64,000 bases of DNA, taken from NCBI GenBank assembly GCA_035524195.1, contig DATKPJ010000048.1, forward strand, positions 29,919 through 93,918. The letters are read 5' to 3'. This stretch comes from Terracidiphilus sp. Its GTDB lineage: Bacteria > Acidobacteriota > Terriglobia > Terriglobales > Acidobacteriaceae. Below the pieces are notes generated by a model that was not told where the DNA came from, ran no database searches, and saw nothing but the letters and a program-made list of their open reading frames with translations. Position 1 is the first letter of the stretch, and each line of letters begins with the position of its first letter. Below are positions 1 to 9,902 of the stretch, piece after piece. A program made the translations under genes and the position numbers.

Positions 1-108
1 GCGCAGGGCGGCCATGCATTCGGCCTACGGCGCACGCAGTTCCCGATTACCGACTGGCCAGCGCTGGTGGAGACATGGCTGAGGACGATCGGAATGGTGC
101 CGCAATAG
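1..108 (+). CDS. C-terminal fragment of alpha/beta hydrolase (esterase-like), truncated by window start
   Basis: Frame 1 reads AQGGHAFGLRRTQFPITDWPALVETWLRTIGMVPQ*. GGH(A/G)FG is the catalytic-His motif of acetylxylan/BD-FAE-type esterases. Confidence 0.6.
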   Translation, partial: AQGGHAFGLRRTQFPITDWPALVETWLRTIGMVPQ

Positions 109-146
109 GTGCGTGAAGCAGTGTTCCAGCTGTCGGTTAAACTTGA

Positions 147-1316
147 GTGTTCCCTTCTCTTTCGATGAGATCACAGTTGGAGATCGACACGCAGTGGATG
201 CAGCGGGCGCTGGAGCTGGCGCGGCGCGGGATTGGCGTGAGCTCGCCGAATCCGGCGGTGGGCTGCGTGATTCTTGATCGCGCGGGGCAGGTAATCGGCG
301 AGGGCTGGCATGAATACGATCTGCTGGATCACGCCGAAGTTGTCGCGCTCAACGAAGCAAAGCAGCATGCTCTGACGCACAAAAAGGAAGACCGCCTGAA
401 AGGCGGAACGGCGTACGTGACACTGGAGCCCTGCAATCACACGGGACGAACCGGGCCGTGTACCGAGGCTCTGATTGCGGCGGGACTAGGACGCGTGGTG
501 GCGGCGACGATCGATCCCAATCCAGCAGTTGCGGGGCATGGCGCGGAGCGGCTCCGCCAGGCCGGGATCGAGGTAACGATTGGCGCGTGCGAGGCCGAAG
601 CGCGGCGGCTCAACGAGGGATTTGCGCGTTGGAGCCAGCATAAGCGGCCATTTGTGCTCATGAAGGTGGCCATGTCTCTCGATGGGCGGATCGCTCCGCC
701 GGCTGGAGTGCACGTGGCGCACGCACCCTACTGGATCACCAGCGAGGCGGCGAGAGCGGCAGTGCAGCCGCTGCGCTGGCAGGCCGACGCGGCCATGGTC
801 GGCGTGGATACTGTGCTGGCAGACGATCCATGGCTGACGGATCGAAGCGGGCTGCGGAGACGCCGGCCATTACTTCGCGTAGTACTTGATTCTGCCCTGC
901 GTATGCCATTGGATTCAAAAATGGTAAAGGGCGCGCAAGATGACCTGGTGATCTTTACCGTTTCAAAGGACGAAGCGCGCATCAACGAGCTTCGGGACCG
1001 GGGTGTGCGAGTCGAAGCGATGCCGGCGGAGGCCGGCCGTGTGCCTCTGGGCAAGGTGCTGGACCGGCTGGGCGAGGAAGGCATCCTGACGCTGATGTCG
1101 GAGACGGGAACGCGGCTAAACACGGCGCTGCTTTCGGCGGGGCTGGTGGATCGAGTGCACCTGTTTGTTTCGCCCCAGATTATGGGATCGGACGCAGTTC
1201 CTGCATTTCGCGGGATGCCGCAATTTGTTCGCATGGCCGCAGTTGAAGTGGAGCGTTACGGGAATGACCTCGGTCTGTGTTCCCTGCTCCGCGACCCGTG
1301 GCCGGAAAAAAAGTGA
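147..1316 (+). CDS. ribD: Bifunctional diaminohydroxyphosphoribosylaminopyrimidine deaminase / reductase (start may be ATG 165)
   Basis: PNPAVG, HAE and TLEPCNHTGRTGPC zinc-deaminase motifs; C-terminal reductase KVAMSLDGRIA, VGVDTVLADDP. Confidence 0.96.
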   Translation: MFPSLSMRSQLEIDTQWMQRALELARRGIGVSSPNPAVGCVILDRAGQVIGEGWHEYDLLDHAEVVALNEAKQHALTHKKEDRLKGGTAYVTLEPCNHTGRTGPCTEALIAAGLGRVVAATIDPNPAVAGHGAERLRQAGIEVTIGACEAEARRLNEGFARWSQHKRPFVLMKVAMSLDGRIAPPAGVHVAHAPYWITSEAARAAVQPLRWQADAAMVGVDTVLADDPWLTDRSGLRRRRPLLRVVLDSALRMPLDSKMVKGAQDDLVIFTVSKDEARINELRDRGVRVEAMPAEAGRVPLGKVLDRLGEEGILTLMSETGTRLNTALLSAGLVDRVHLFVSPQIMGSDAVPAFRGMPQFVRMAAVEVERYGNDLGLCSLLRDPWPEKK

Positions 1317-1435
1317 TCCGCGATCAGAGGTCAGCGCCCGGCGGAAAATAGCGATTTCAGGATATCCAACTGATTGTTGGCACAAGAATGTGCCTGATGC
1401 GCACCGCGATTAAGCTAATAGAAAGAGGAGCTGGA

Positions 1436-1948
1436 ATGGTTCTTACCCCGGAGGTCTACGCAGTCGGCTCGATCGCGGGCTTGTGCGCCATCCTGGTGTG
1501 GCGCGTGCGCGAGGGGCGGACGGCCGTAACGGCGAAGAAGCTGATTATGCCGCCGCTGGGGATGGCGACCGGGTTTTCGATGTTTATTGCGCCGGCCTTT
1601 CGCGTGCCGTGGATGTGGGGTATCGCCGCGTTTCTGATCGGGGCCATTGTGTTTGCCTATCCGCTGCTGCTGACGTCGAGCTTGCGGCGCGATGGCGATG
1701 TGATCATGATGAAGCGCTCAGGAGCATTCTTTGCCGTGGTGATTGTGCTGTTCGCGATTCGCTACATGGCACGGGGATACTTCGACAGGATCCTTTCCAT
1801 TGAACAGACGGGCGCGATTTTTTACCTGCTGGCGTTTGGGATGATCGTGCGCTGGCGGGCGAGCCTCTACATGGCATATCGTGCACTGACGACAAGCGTC
1901 TCCAGCCTGGCGACGGATCGGCCGGCGGAAGAAACCGCAGCCGAGTAG
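1436..1948 (+). CDS. CcdC / DUF1453 family membrane protein
   Basis: KKLIMPPLGMATGFSMF and LLAFGMIVRWR resemble Bacillus CcdC; AGAGGAG RBS before ATG 1436; about 5 hydrophobic segments. Confidence 0.75.
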   Translation: MVLTPEVYAVGSIAGLCAILVWRVREGRTAVTAKKLIMPPLGMATGFSMFIAPAFRVPWMWGIAAFLIGAIVFAYPLLLTSSLRRDGDVIMMKRSGAFFAVVIVLFAIRYMARGYFDRILSIEQTGAIFYLLAFGMIVRWRASLYMAYRALTTSVSSLATDRPAEETAAE

Positions 1949-1987
1949 CTCGTCAGGGAATCATCGGCAGATTGGTCTTTATCTATC

Positions 1988-3679
1988 TCATTCCGGCTTG
2001 ATCTTCGAGAAATCCGGCTGCTCGGGAATTGCGAAGCCGTCGGCGCGCGGGTCGGATGCGCCGAAGTTGACGCCCGTCGCGCTGTCGCGGAGCACCACGT
2101 TACCGCGCCCCATGCGCGCGGTGTACTCCTTGTGCACGTCGAGAATGTGGCCCATTTTGGTGAGCGCATCGATGGTTGCAGGCGAGACGCGCGACTCGAT
2201 GACAATGTGGCAGCCGAGTTTTGAACTAACGGTGAAGCGCGGCTCCGACAGCGCGGCCTGGATGTTCATGCCGTAATCAACCATGTTGGAGACGAACTGC
2301 GCGTGGGCCAGCGGCTGGTTCATGCCGCCCATGATGCCGAAGCCGATATGCTCGTCGCCGCGCTCCATGAACGCTGGAATGATGGTGTGAAAGGGACGCT
2401 TGTGGCCGGCGAGCGAGTCGAGCGATTTCGGGTCCATTGAAAACAGACCGCCGCGGTCCTGCAACGCGAAACCCATGCCCTGCACAGTAATTCCCGAGCC
2501 GAATGACTCATAGTTGCTCTGGATCATGGATAGGATGTTGCCTTCGCGATCCACCACCGTGAGATAGGTCGTGTCGCTTTTGCCCAGAGAGCCCGGCGCC
2601 ACTGTGCAGTTGGCATGGTCCGGATCGATGAGCGCGGCACGCTTGGCTGCATATTCTTTTGAGAGAAGCTCGGCAACGGGAATCTTGCTGAACCGCGGAT
2701 CGCCGTCGTAGGCCTTTACATCGGCGTAGGCCAGCTTCATGGCTTCGATGCGCGTGTGCAGTTCGCCGGGGCTGTGCGGGCCGGCGGGATCGGGCTTGAA
2801 TCGCTCCATGATGTTGAGCATTTCAAGCGCAGCCATACCGTCGCCGTTGGGCGGAAGCTCGTAGATGGTCCAGTCGCGATAAGTAGTGGAGATAGGCTCG
2901 ACCCATTCGGCGGAATACGACGCAAGATCATCCGCGGTCATGGTGCCGCCCAAGTCGGCAGAGGTTTTGAGGATGGCCTGCGCGATGGTCCCCTTGTAGT
3001 AGACCGACTCACCCTGGTCAGCGATGAGCGTGAGTGCGTGGGCGAGCTCGGGATTGCGAAAAACCTGGCCGCGCTCGGGCGCCTTGTCGTCGATGAGAAA
3101 GACGCGGCTGCTTTCAGGATTCTTCATCAGCTCATTGCGGCTGTCCTTCCAGACATCATCCACGATTTCAGGAACGGGAACTCCATCTTCGGCATAAACT
3201 ATGGCCGGCTTGAAGAGATCGCGCCACTGCAGGCGGCCCCAGCGGTCATGCAGTTTTTGCCAACCATCGACCATGCCGGGAACAGTGACGGAATTGATGC
3301 CGAATTGCGGCATGGCGGTGATGCCCTTCGAGTGGAGATAGTCGATCGTGAGCGCTTTTGGTGCCCATCCGCTGGCATTCAGACCGTAGAGCTTGCCCGT
3401 TTTCGCGTCCCAGTAGATGGCGAAGAGGTCGCCGCCCATGCCGTTCATCATGGGCTCGACGACGCCGAGAACGGCGTTGGCTGCGATTCCTGCGTCGATC
3501 GCCGAGCCGCCCTGCTCAAGCACGCGCGCACCGGCCTGCGAAGCCTGCATTTGACTGGTGGCAACAACGCCATATCTGGTGGCGACAACGGAGCGGCCGT
3601 AGGAGCGGTCCTGGGCGGAAAGGGTGAGCGGGGCAGCGGCGAGCAGAAAAATCGCGAGCGTGTGCTTGAGAATGGGCAT
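1988..3679 (-). CDS. ggt: Gamma-glutamyltransferase (exported)
   Basis: Signal peptide; GGSAIDAGIA, GMGGDLF, autoprocessing DTTYLTVVD, KRPFHTIIP, GASDPRADG. Confidence 0.95.
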   Translation of the reverse strand: MPILKHTLAIFLLAAAPLTLSAQDRSYGRSVVATRYGVVATSQMQASQAGARVLEQGGSAIDAGIAANAVLGVVEPMMNGMGGDLFAIYWDAKTGKLYGLNASGWAPKALTIDYLHSKGITAMPQFGINSVTVPGMVDGWQKLHDRWGRLQWRDLFKPAIVYAEDGVPVPEIVDDVWKDSRNELMKNPESSRVFLIDDKAPERGQVFRNPELAHALTLIADQGESVYYKGTIAQAILKTSADLGGTMTADDLASYSAEWVEPISTTYRDWTIYELPPNGDGMAALEMLNIMERFKPDPAGPHSPGELHTRIEAMKLAYADVKAYDGDPRFSKIPVAELLSKEYAAKRAALIDPDHANCTVAPGSLGKSDTTYLTVVDREGNILSMIQSNYESFGSGITVQGMGFALQDRGGLFSMDPKSLDSLAGHKRPFHTIIPAFMERGDEHIGFGIMGGMNQPLAHAQFVSNMVDYGMNIQAALSEPRFTVSSKLGCHIVIESRVSPATIDALTKMGHILDVHKEYTARMGRGNVVLRDSATGVNFGASDPRADGFAIPEQPDFSKIKPE

Positions 3680-3783
3680 ACGAAGGGGCTCCGAACGGGT
3701 TTGGGATTCGCAGGGAACGAGAAATTCTGCCGAGAGAATGAAGGTAACAGAATCGGCGGCGGAAACCGTAGTACATTTGCCAT

Positions 3784-4464
3784 GTGCGTGCAGGCATCGT
3801 AGCTTTTGCCGCCTTGTTTGTTCTCCAGATCGTGGCGGCGCAGAGAACCGTCTCGTTTGCGACCGAGGACGGCGGCGTAGTGTTCGCGGACATCTACGGA
3901 AGCAGCCAACGGGCTGTGGTGCTGGTCCATGGCGGCCAATTCAACAAGGAAAGCTGGGCGCCGCAGGCGAAGCAACTGCAGGCGGCAGGATTTGAAGCGA
4001 TGGCAATCGACCTGAGGGGTTACGGACCGTCGCACGGGCCGGGCGACAAGGATCCGATGGACGCGCAGCTTGAAAAGGATGTACTGGCCGCGGTGCGGTA
4101 TCTGCACAAGAACGGCGCAAAGACCGTTTCGATCGTCGGCGGCAGCATGGGCGGAGCGGCGGCGGGCGACGCCTCGATTGTCTCTAGGCCGGGCGAGATC
4201 GACAGGATCGTGATGCTCGGAGCGGCGCCGAATTTGCCTGCTGACAAGCTGAAATCGCCGGCGTTGTTCATCGTGGCGCGCGACGACTCGGAAGGCGGCG
4301 GGGAGCTGAGGCTGCCTGGAATTCGCGCGCAGTACGAGAAGGCTCCGCAGCCGAAGAAACTGGTGGTGCTGAAGGGGTCGGCGCACGCGCAGTTTCTGTT
4401 CGCAACAGACCAGGGAAAGCTCGTGATCCGGGAGATTCTTGCGTGGCTGAACGCGACGCGGTAA
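3784..4464 (+). CDS. Exported alpha/beta hydrolase
   Basis: Signal peptide, VLVHGG, nucleophile elbow GGSMGG, C-terminal GSAHAQ. Confidence 0.85.
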   Translation: MRAGIVAFAALFVLQIVAAQRTVSFATEDGGVVFADIYGSSQRAVVLVHGGQFNKESWAPQAKQLQAAGFEAMAIDLRGYGPSHGPGDKDPMDAQLEKDVLAAVRYLHKNGAKTVSIVGGSMGGAAAGDASIVSRPGEIDRIVMLGAAPNLPADKLKSPALFIVARDDSEGGGELRLPGIRAQYEKAPQPKKLVVLKGSAHAQFLFATDQGKLVIREILAWLNATR

Positions 4465-4523
4465 ACCGCGATCCGTGGTCAGCCTGATGCCTCTCCCTTG
4501 CTACCGGGAACTACAATAAATCC

Positions 4524-5198
4524 ATGTTTACGGGCATCATTGAGCAGACGGGAACGCTGGTGAGTCTTGTCGATCGCGGCGGCGTGCGGCGGTTGACAGT
4601 TGAGGCGCCGGGCGTGGCGGCGCGGCTGCGCGAGGGTGATTCGCTGGCGGTGAGCGGCGTGTGCCTGACAGCGCTCGATCCTGATCCCACTTACTTTCAC
4701 GCGGACCTGGCGCAGGAAACTCTGGACCGGACGTCGCTCGGCTCGCTGAAACCCGGAGCCAAGGTGAACCTGGAACTGCCCACGGCGGCGGGGAGTCCAC
4801 TGGGCGGGCACGTGGTGCAGGGACACGTAGACGGCACGGGAGTGATGACGGTGCTGGACCCGGTGATTCCGGAGACAAGTACGAATTTCGACAGGCAGAC
4901 GACGGATTGGACCTTGAAGGTCCGAGTGCCCGCGAACACGCGGCAGTGGATGGTGCACAAGGGATCGGTGGCCATCGAGGGAATCAGCCTGACCATCGCC
5001 GCAATCGAAGACGACACGATCACGATTGCAATTCTTCCTTTAACTTATTGGCGAACGAACTTGCATATATTAGATTTAGGCGCACCAGTCAATGTGGAGG
5101 CGGATGTGCTGGTGAAGCTGGCGTACGCCGAGATGAAATCCGAGAAAAAAGCGGAGATGGAACTGACAGCGGAGTGGTTGGTGGCGCAGGGTTACTGA
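4524..5198 (+). CDS. ribE: Riboflavin synthase (alpha chain)
   Basis: MFTGII start, GDSLAVSGVCLT, GGHVVQGHVDG, KGSVAIEGISLT, VNVEAD. Confidence 0.96.
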   Translation: MFTGIIEQTGTLVSLVDRGGVRRLTVEAPGVAARLREGDSLAVSGVCLTALDPDPTYFHADLAQETLDRTSLGSLKPGAKVNLELPTAAGSPLGGHVVQGHVDGTGVMTVLDPVIPETSTNFDRQTTDWTLKVRVPANTRQWMVHKGSVAIEGISLTIAAIEDDTITIAILPLTYWRTNLHILDLGAPVNVEADVLVKLAYAEMKSEKKAEMELTAEWLVAQGY

Positions 5199-5272
5199 GG
5201 CATAGCCTCACACTTGTCAGTTCACCGTTTCGAGTGTTGCGAGTCAGAAGTTCGTTCAGGAATAACCGCAGT

Positions 5273-5297
5273 CTAGCTACTAGCTTCTAGCTACTAG
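5273..5297. repeat. Heptamer tandem repeat (CTAGCTW)x3.5 between convergent ribE and capA-like gene
   Basis: CTAGCTA CTAGCTT CTAGCTA CTAG, flanked by near-identical AA(T/C)AACCGCAG at 5261-5271 and 5301-5311. Confidence 0.8.
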
Positions 5298-5368
5298 AAG
5301 AACAACCGCAGGTCCGCCGCGGCGGATTGGCGCAGACAATCGATGCAGCGCCATGTCCCCCGGTGTTT

Positions 5369-6814
5369 CTAGGGTTTGGCGGGGAGCTTGGGCGGGTCAG
5401 TGATGAATTCGTCGCCGACGCGGGCCACAATCTGATCACGACGGTCGGAAAGCAGCTTGAGTTGCCGTGTCAACTCGATAAACTCCTGTTTCTGTTCAGG
5501 AGTGAAGGTCGCTGAAGCGGTCTGCGTGAGGCTCTCCCCACCCGCTCCAACTGATCCCGAAGGTACAGCCGCCGCCTTGTTCAACGCATCGAGCCGTGCC
5601 TGGAGGATGGGAATTTCGCGGTCGATGAGAACCGGCCGGATAATCGGCTCCTTCGCTTTTCCGCTGGCGATCTGGTTGCGGTTGTTTTCGCCCCAGACGG
5701 GCAGGATGCCAACGTGGCCGAGTTCGACGCGGGTACCGCCAGGGCCGTAGTCTTGCTTGACGGCGGAAAAGAGTGCAATCATTTCGTCGCGTGGATCGCC
5801 TTCCTTGTCGGGCATTAGGCCGTCGATATAGGTGCGCGACTGGTTAGAGAGGAAGTTGCCGAGCGAGTAAAAAATGACGGTGTTGCGGCCATCAGCGGTG
5901 CGATAGGTTTCGACAGGCTGAAGGACGTGCGGGTGCGCGCCGAGTATGACAGATGCCCCTGCATCGAGCATTTTGTGGCCGATCTCGACATCTTCAGGGC
6001 GCGGAGCGGGCGCGTACTCGATGCCCCAGTGGATCGAGATGATGAGAAAGTCACACTGGGCGCGCGCGGCCTTGACCGCGGCCAGAACTTGGGCTTCGTC
6101 GGCTCCGGGGGCCCCATTTGATTCGCCGGGATAGGGAAAGAAATTGACGTGAGGCTGATCGGGAGCATCGGGATTGCGATTCCCGTTGAGCCAGCGGGTC
6201 ATGCCGAGCCAGCCGATCTTGATTCCATTGGATTCGGTTATGACGGGCTGCCAGGACTGCGCAGCGGTATCGCTGGTTCCTGCGAAAACCAGACCGAGGT
6301 CGCGGAGATGATCGCGCGTTTCGGCAAAACCGGCCCAGCCCTGGTCCATGACGTGGTTGTTGGCGAAGGAGACGACCTTGATGCCGACAGCCTTGAGCGC
6401 TTCCGGCAGGTCGATAGGTGCGTCGAACATGAAGGGCTTGCTGCCCTTTGAATGAGCAGGAGCGACCGGGGTTTCCATGTTGACAAAGCCAAAGTCCGCG
6501 GAGCGGAAGACGTCGGCCACGTCGGAGAAAAGAGCCTCCCAGCCTTGTTCGCCCTGTCCCTCGGCGGCGGCGGCGGCGCGGACCGCTTCGTGCGGGATAA
6601 CGTCGCCGGAAGCGGCAAAGGTGACGCGGGCAATCTCGTGAGGAAAGGGCTGCGGAACGACGGCGGACCTGCCGGACAGAAACCCCGAAAGGAACAAGGC
6701 GCCGGCAGCGACGGCGACCAGTACGGCTGCACCGAGGAGCAGACCAGTGCCGCGCCGCGGTCGAGGGTCACGCCTGGTGCGCGATCCGAGAGCTAGATAT
6801 TCGACCCGATCCAT
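5369..6814 (-). CDS. CapA family (PGA_cap) metallophosphoesterase-fold membrane-anchored protein
   Basis: GDVIPH, NMETPV, ANNHVMDQG, SIHWGIEY, GAHPHVLQP, YSLGNF motifs; N-terminal TM; CAGGAG RBS before ATG 6814. Confidence 0.9.
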   Translation of the reverse strand: MDRVEYLALGSRTRRDPRPRRGTGLLLGAAVLVAVAAGALFLSGFLSGRSAVVPQPFPHEIARVTFAASGDVIPHEAVRAAAAAEGQGEQGWEALFSDVADVFRSADFGFVNMETPVAPAHSKGSKPFMFDAPIDLPEALKAVGIKVVSFANNHVMDQGWAGFAETRDHLRDLGLVFAGTSDTAAQSWQPVITESNGIKIGWLGMTRWLNGNRNPDAPDQPHVNFFPYPGESNGAPGADEAQVLAAVKAARAQCDFLIISIHWGIEYAPAPRPEDVEIGHKMLDAGASVILGAHPHVLQPVETYRTADGRNTVIFYSLGNFLSNQSRTYIDGLMPDKEGDPRDEMIALFSAVKQDYGPGGTRVELGHVGILPVWGENNRNQIASGKAKEPIIRPVLIDREIPILQARLDALNKAAAVPSGSVGAGGESLTQTASATFTPEQKQEFIELTRQLKLLSDRRDQIVARVGDEFITDPPKLPAKP

Positions 6815-7049
6815 GCGTTGCAACTCCTGCTGCGGTTCAGGATATGAAATGCAATCAGGATACATGGGGCAATGCAGGACCGGTGCGAGCAGAGGAGTTA
6901 CCGACCGGGAATTGGATGGAAGTACGGCGTTGGCATGCGGCGAACGGTCCGAAGCTAATGTGCGTCTATCGTAATGAAAGACTGATACCCTTGAACAGGA
7001 AGGCGTTACCGAGGATGGCCGGCGGCGTTTGACGCCGGCGGCTGGAGCT

Positions 7050-8252
7050 ATGGCAGAGTTCGTAATCAGGTTGGCCGACGAGCGCGGCCGCGTGCAGGAA
7101 CAGGTGCAGACGGCGGCGACTGCCGAAGAGCTGCGCGCCCGCTTTTCGCATGCCGGCTACCATGTGTTTTCAGTGCGAGCACGCGGCGGGGTGGGAGCCT
7201 TTTCGCGGCGCAAGGTAAAGCTGGAGAAGTTTCTTATCTTCAACCAGCAGTTTTTGACCCTGGTTCGCGCCGGTCTGCCGATCCTGAATTCGCTCAACAT
7301 GCTGGCGACAATCCAGAAGGACACACATTTTGCCAGTCAGATTGAGGATGTTTCAAATCGAGTAAAAACCGGCGAGGCGCTTTCCGCGGCTTTTGAAGCA
7401 CAAGCGGGGATTCCCGGGATCTATACAACAACGCTGTTGGCCGGCGAGCGAAGCGGCAACCTGCAGGAGGTGCTGGAACGATACGTCGCATTCCAGCGCG
7501 TATCGCTGACGTTTCGCAAGAAACTGACTGCTTCGATGATCTACCCATCACTGCTGTTGACGCTGGTAACGGGGCTGCTGATCTTCATGTTCACGGTGGT
7601 CATTCCGCAGTTTGCCGAGTTGTATGACCAGATGGGTTCGCAGTTGCCGGCTATGACCATCGGGCTGCTGAACTTCGGCAAGTGGACCCAGCACAACATC
7701 GTGTGGATTGCGGCGATCGTGCTCGGCGGCGGTTTCGGATTCTATCGCTTTTCCATGACGGACCGGGGCCGCGATTTTATTGACGGCTTTCGTATTGGGA
7801 CGCCGGTGTTCGGCAAGATCTGGCTCAAGTACCAGGTGGCATTGTTTGCGCGCACGCTTTCAACGCTGCTGACGGGCGGATTGCCGCTGGTGCCTTCGCT
7901 CGAGACGGCAGCGCGATCCATCTCGTCGCGGCGCGTTGCGAGCGCGGTGATGTCCTCCATTGAAACGGTGCGCGAAGGCAAGAGCCTGGCCGATTCACTG
8001 AGCGGAACAAAGGTGATTCCAGGATTGGCGACAGAGATGATCTCGGTGGGCGAGCAGACGGGTGCCCTGCCGCAGATGCTGAATTCGGTTGCGGAGTTTT
8101 TTGAGGAAGACGTAGCCACGGCGCTTACCGCGGCCCTTTCGCTGATCGAGCCGGCCATCCTGATTGTGATGGGCGTGGTGGTGGTATTCATCTTGATTTC
8201 GCTCTATCTTCCGATCTTTTCGATCGGATCGACAGCAGGAGCACAAGGGTAG
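7050..8252 (+). CDS. pilC: T2SS F / PilC family inner-membrane platform protein
   Basis: AGERSGNLQEVL, MIYP, VGEQTGALPQML, LIEP, YLPIF motifs. Confidence 0.92.
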   Translation: MAEFVIRLADERGRVQEQVQTAATAEELRARFSHAGYHVFSVRARGGVGAFSRRKVKLEKFLIFNQQFLTLVRAGLPILNSLNMLATIQKDTHFASQIEDVSNRVKTGEALSAAFEAQAGIPGIYTTTLLAGERSGNLQEVLERYVAFQRVSLTFRKKLTASMIYPSLLLTLVTGLLIFMFTVVIPQFAELYDQMGSQLPAMTIGLLNFGKWTQHNIVWIAAIVLGGGFGFYRFSMTDRGRDFIDGFRIGTPVFGKIWLKYQVALFARTLSTLLTGGLPLVPSLETAARSISSRRVASAVMSSIETVREGKSLADSLSGTKVIPGLATEMISVGEQTGALPQMLNSVAEFFEEDVATALTAALSLIEPAILIVMGVVVVFILISLYLPIFSIGSTAGAQG

Positions 8253-8258
8253 TTCATC

Positions 8259-9902
8259 ATGGCGGACACGACCGTTCTTTCGATGCCCAACGGGCCGATT
8301 CCTGGCGGCCCTGACGAGCGCGCACAGGCAGAGGCGCTGGCGGCACGCTATCGCGCGGATTTTGTTGACCTGAAAAACTTCAGGATCCAGCATGAGTTGC
8401 TGCGAACCGTGCCCGTTGAACTGATGTTTCGTTACAACTTTGTACCCATCGAGCAGCAGGGTGACGCGCTGGTGATTGCGGTGAGCGATCCTTCGCGGCT
8501 GATGGTGCTGGACGAGATTGCGGGCCTGCTGGGACACCGGATCATCGCACGCGTGGCAACGCTCTCACAGATCACCGACCTGTTGAAGAAGACCGAGCAG
8601 TCCCAGCGCGTACTCGACGAAGCCAGCGAAGGCCTTACGTTCGATGTTCTGACCGGAGATGACAACCAGGACGAGAATATCTCGATCGAGAAGCTGACCA
8701 GCGATGAAGACATCAGCCCGATCATCCGCCTGGTAGATACGACCATTTTTACCGCGCTGGAGCGGCGCGCATCCGACATTCATATCGAGAGCTACGACGA
8801 TTCCGTGCATGTGAAGTACCGCATTGACGGTGTGCTGCAGGAAGCCATGGCTCCGATCGCGCGGGAGCATCACACCACGATCCTGAGCCGCGTAAAGATC
8901 ATGAGCGAGCTCGACATTGCCGAGCGGCGCGTGCCGCAGGACGGGCGCTTCAGGGTACGGTACAAAGGCAGGCTGATCGATTTCCGCGTCTCGATCATGC
9001 CCACGGTCCATGGCGAAAATGCCGTGCTTCGTGTGCTCGACAAGGAATCAATGAGCGAGAAGTTCCGCCACCTGACGCTGGACGTGGTGGGCTTCGCCGA
9101 TGAGGACCTGCGGCGCTTCCGGCGCTACATTCGCGAGCCCTACGGCATGGTGCTGGTGACGGGCCCCACCGGATCGGGCAAGACGACAACACTGTACGCG
9201 GCGCTGAACGAGATCAAGAGCGACGAAGACAAGATCATTACGATTGAAGATCCGGTCGAGTATCAAATACGCGGGATCACGCAGATTCCGGTGAATGAGA
9301 AAAAGGGTCTGACGTTTGCGCGCGGCTTGCGGTCCATTCTGCGTCACGATCCCGACAAGATCCTGGTGGGCGAGATTCGCGACCAGGAGACGGCGCAGAT
9401 TGCCATCAACTCCGCGCTTACGGGGCACCTGGTATTCACCACGGTCCACGCCAACAACGTGGTCGACGTGCTGGGCCGGTTCCTGAACATGGGCGTGGAA
9501 GCGTACAACTTTGTTTCAGCTCTGAACTGCATCCTGGCGCAGCGTCTGGTGCGAACGATCTGCGAGCACTGTGTTCGGACCGTCACGTACGGCGACGATG
9601 TGCTGCTGGCGAGCGGACTGGATGCGAATGAGTGGCGCGGATTTGATTTTCGCGAAGGAGCGGGATGCATCGAGTGCGGCGGGACAGGGTATCGCGGGCG
9701 CACGGCGATTCATGAATTGCTGGATTTGACCGATCCGATTCGTGAGCTGATTCTGGAGAAGAAACCGACCTCTGAAGTGCGGAAGCTGGCGCAGAAGGAA
9801 GGAATGACGTTTCTGCGTGAGTCGGCGCTGGACCGCGTGCGACGCGGTGTAACCACACTGAAGGAAATCAATAAAGTTACGTTCATTGAGGCATCCCGTT
9901 AG
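8259..9902 (+). CDS. pilB: GspE/PilB family assembly ATPase
   Basis: ASDIHIE, LDIAERRVPQDG, Walker A GPTGSGKTT, Walker B ILVGEIRD, LTGHLVFTTVH, zinc motif CEHC...CIEC. Confidence 0.95.
   Translation: MADTTVLSMPNGPIPGGPDERAQAEALAARYRADFVDLKNFRIQHELLRTVPVELMFRYNFVPIEQQGDALVIAVSDPSRLMVLDEIAGLLGHRIIARVATLSQITDLLKKTEQSQRVLDEASEGLTFDVLTGDDNQDENISIEKLTSDEDISPIIRLVDTTIFTALERRASDIHIESYDDSVHVKYRIDGVLQEAMAPIAREHHTTILSRVKIMSELDIAERRVPQDGRFRVRYKGRLIDFRVSIMPTVHGENAVLRVLDKESMSEKFRHLTLDVVGFADEDLRRFRRYIREPYGMVLVTGPTGSGKTTTLYAALNEIKSDEDKIITIEDPVEYQIRGITQIPVNEKKGLTFARGLRSILRHDPDKILVGEIRDQETAQIAINSALTGHLVFTTVHANNVVDVLGRFLNMGVEAYNFVSALNCILAQRLVRTICEHCVRTVTYGDDVLLASGLDANEWRGFDFREGAGCIECGGTGYRGRTAIHELLDLTDPIRELILEKKPTSEVRKLAQKEGMTFLRESALDRVRRGVTTLKEINKVTFIEASR

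Noticed and set aside
1988-6814. ggt + capA-like gene as a poly-gamma-glutamate capsule locus (capD/capA)
   Set aside because: No capB/capC synthetase genes. The two genes are separated by opposite-strand genes, and both families are widespread independently of capsule synthesis.
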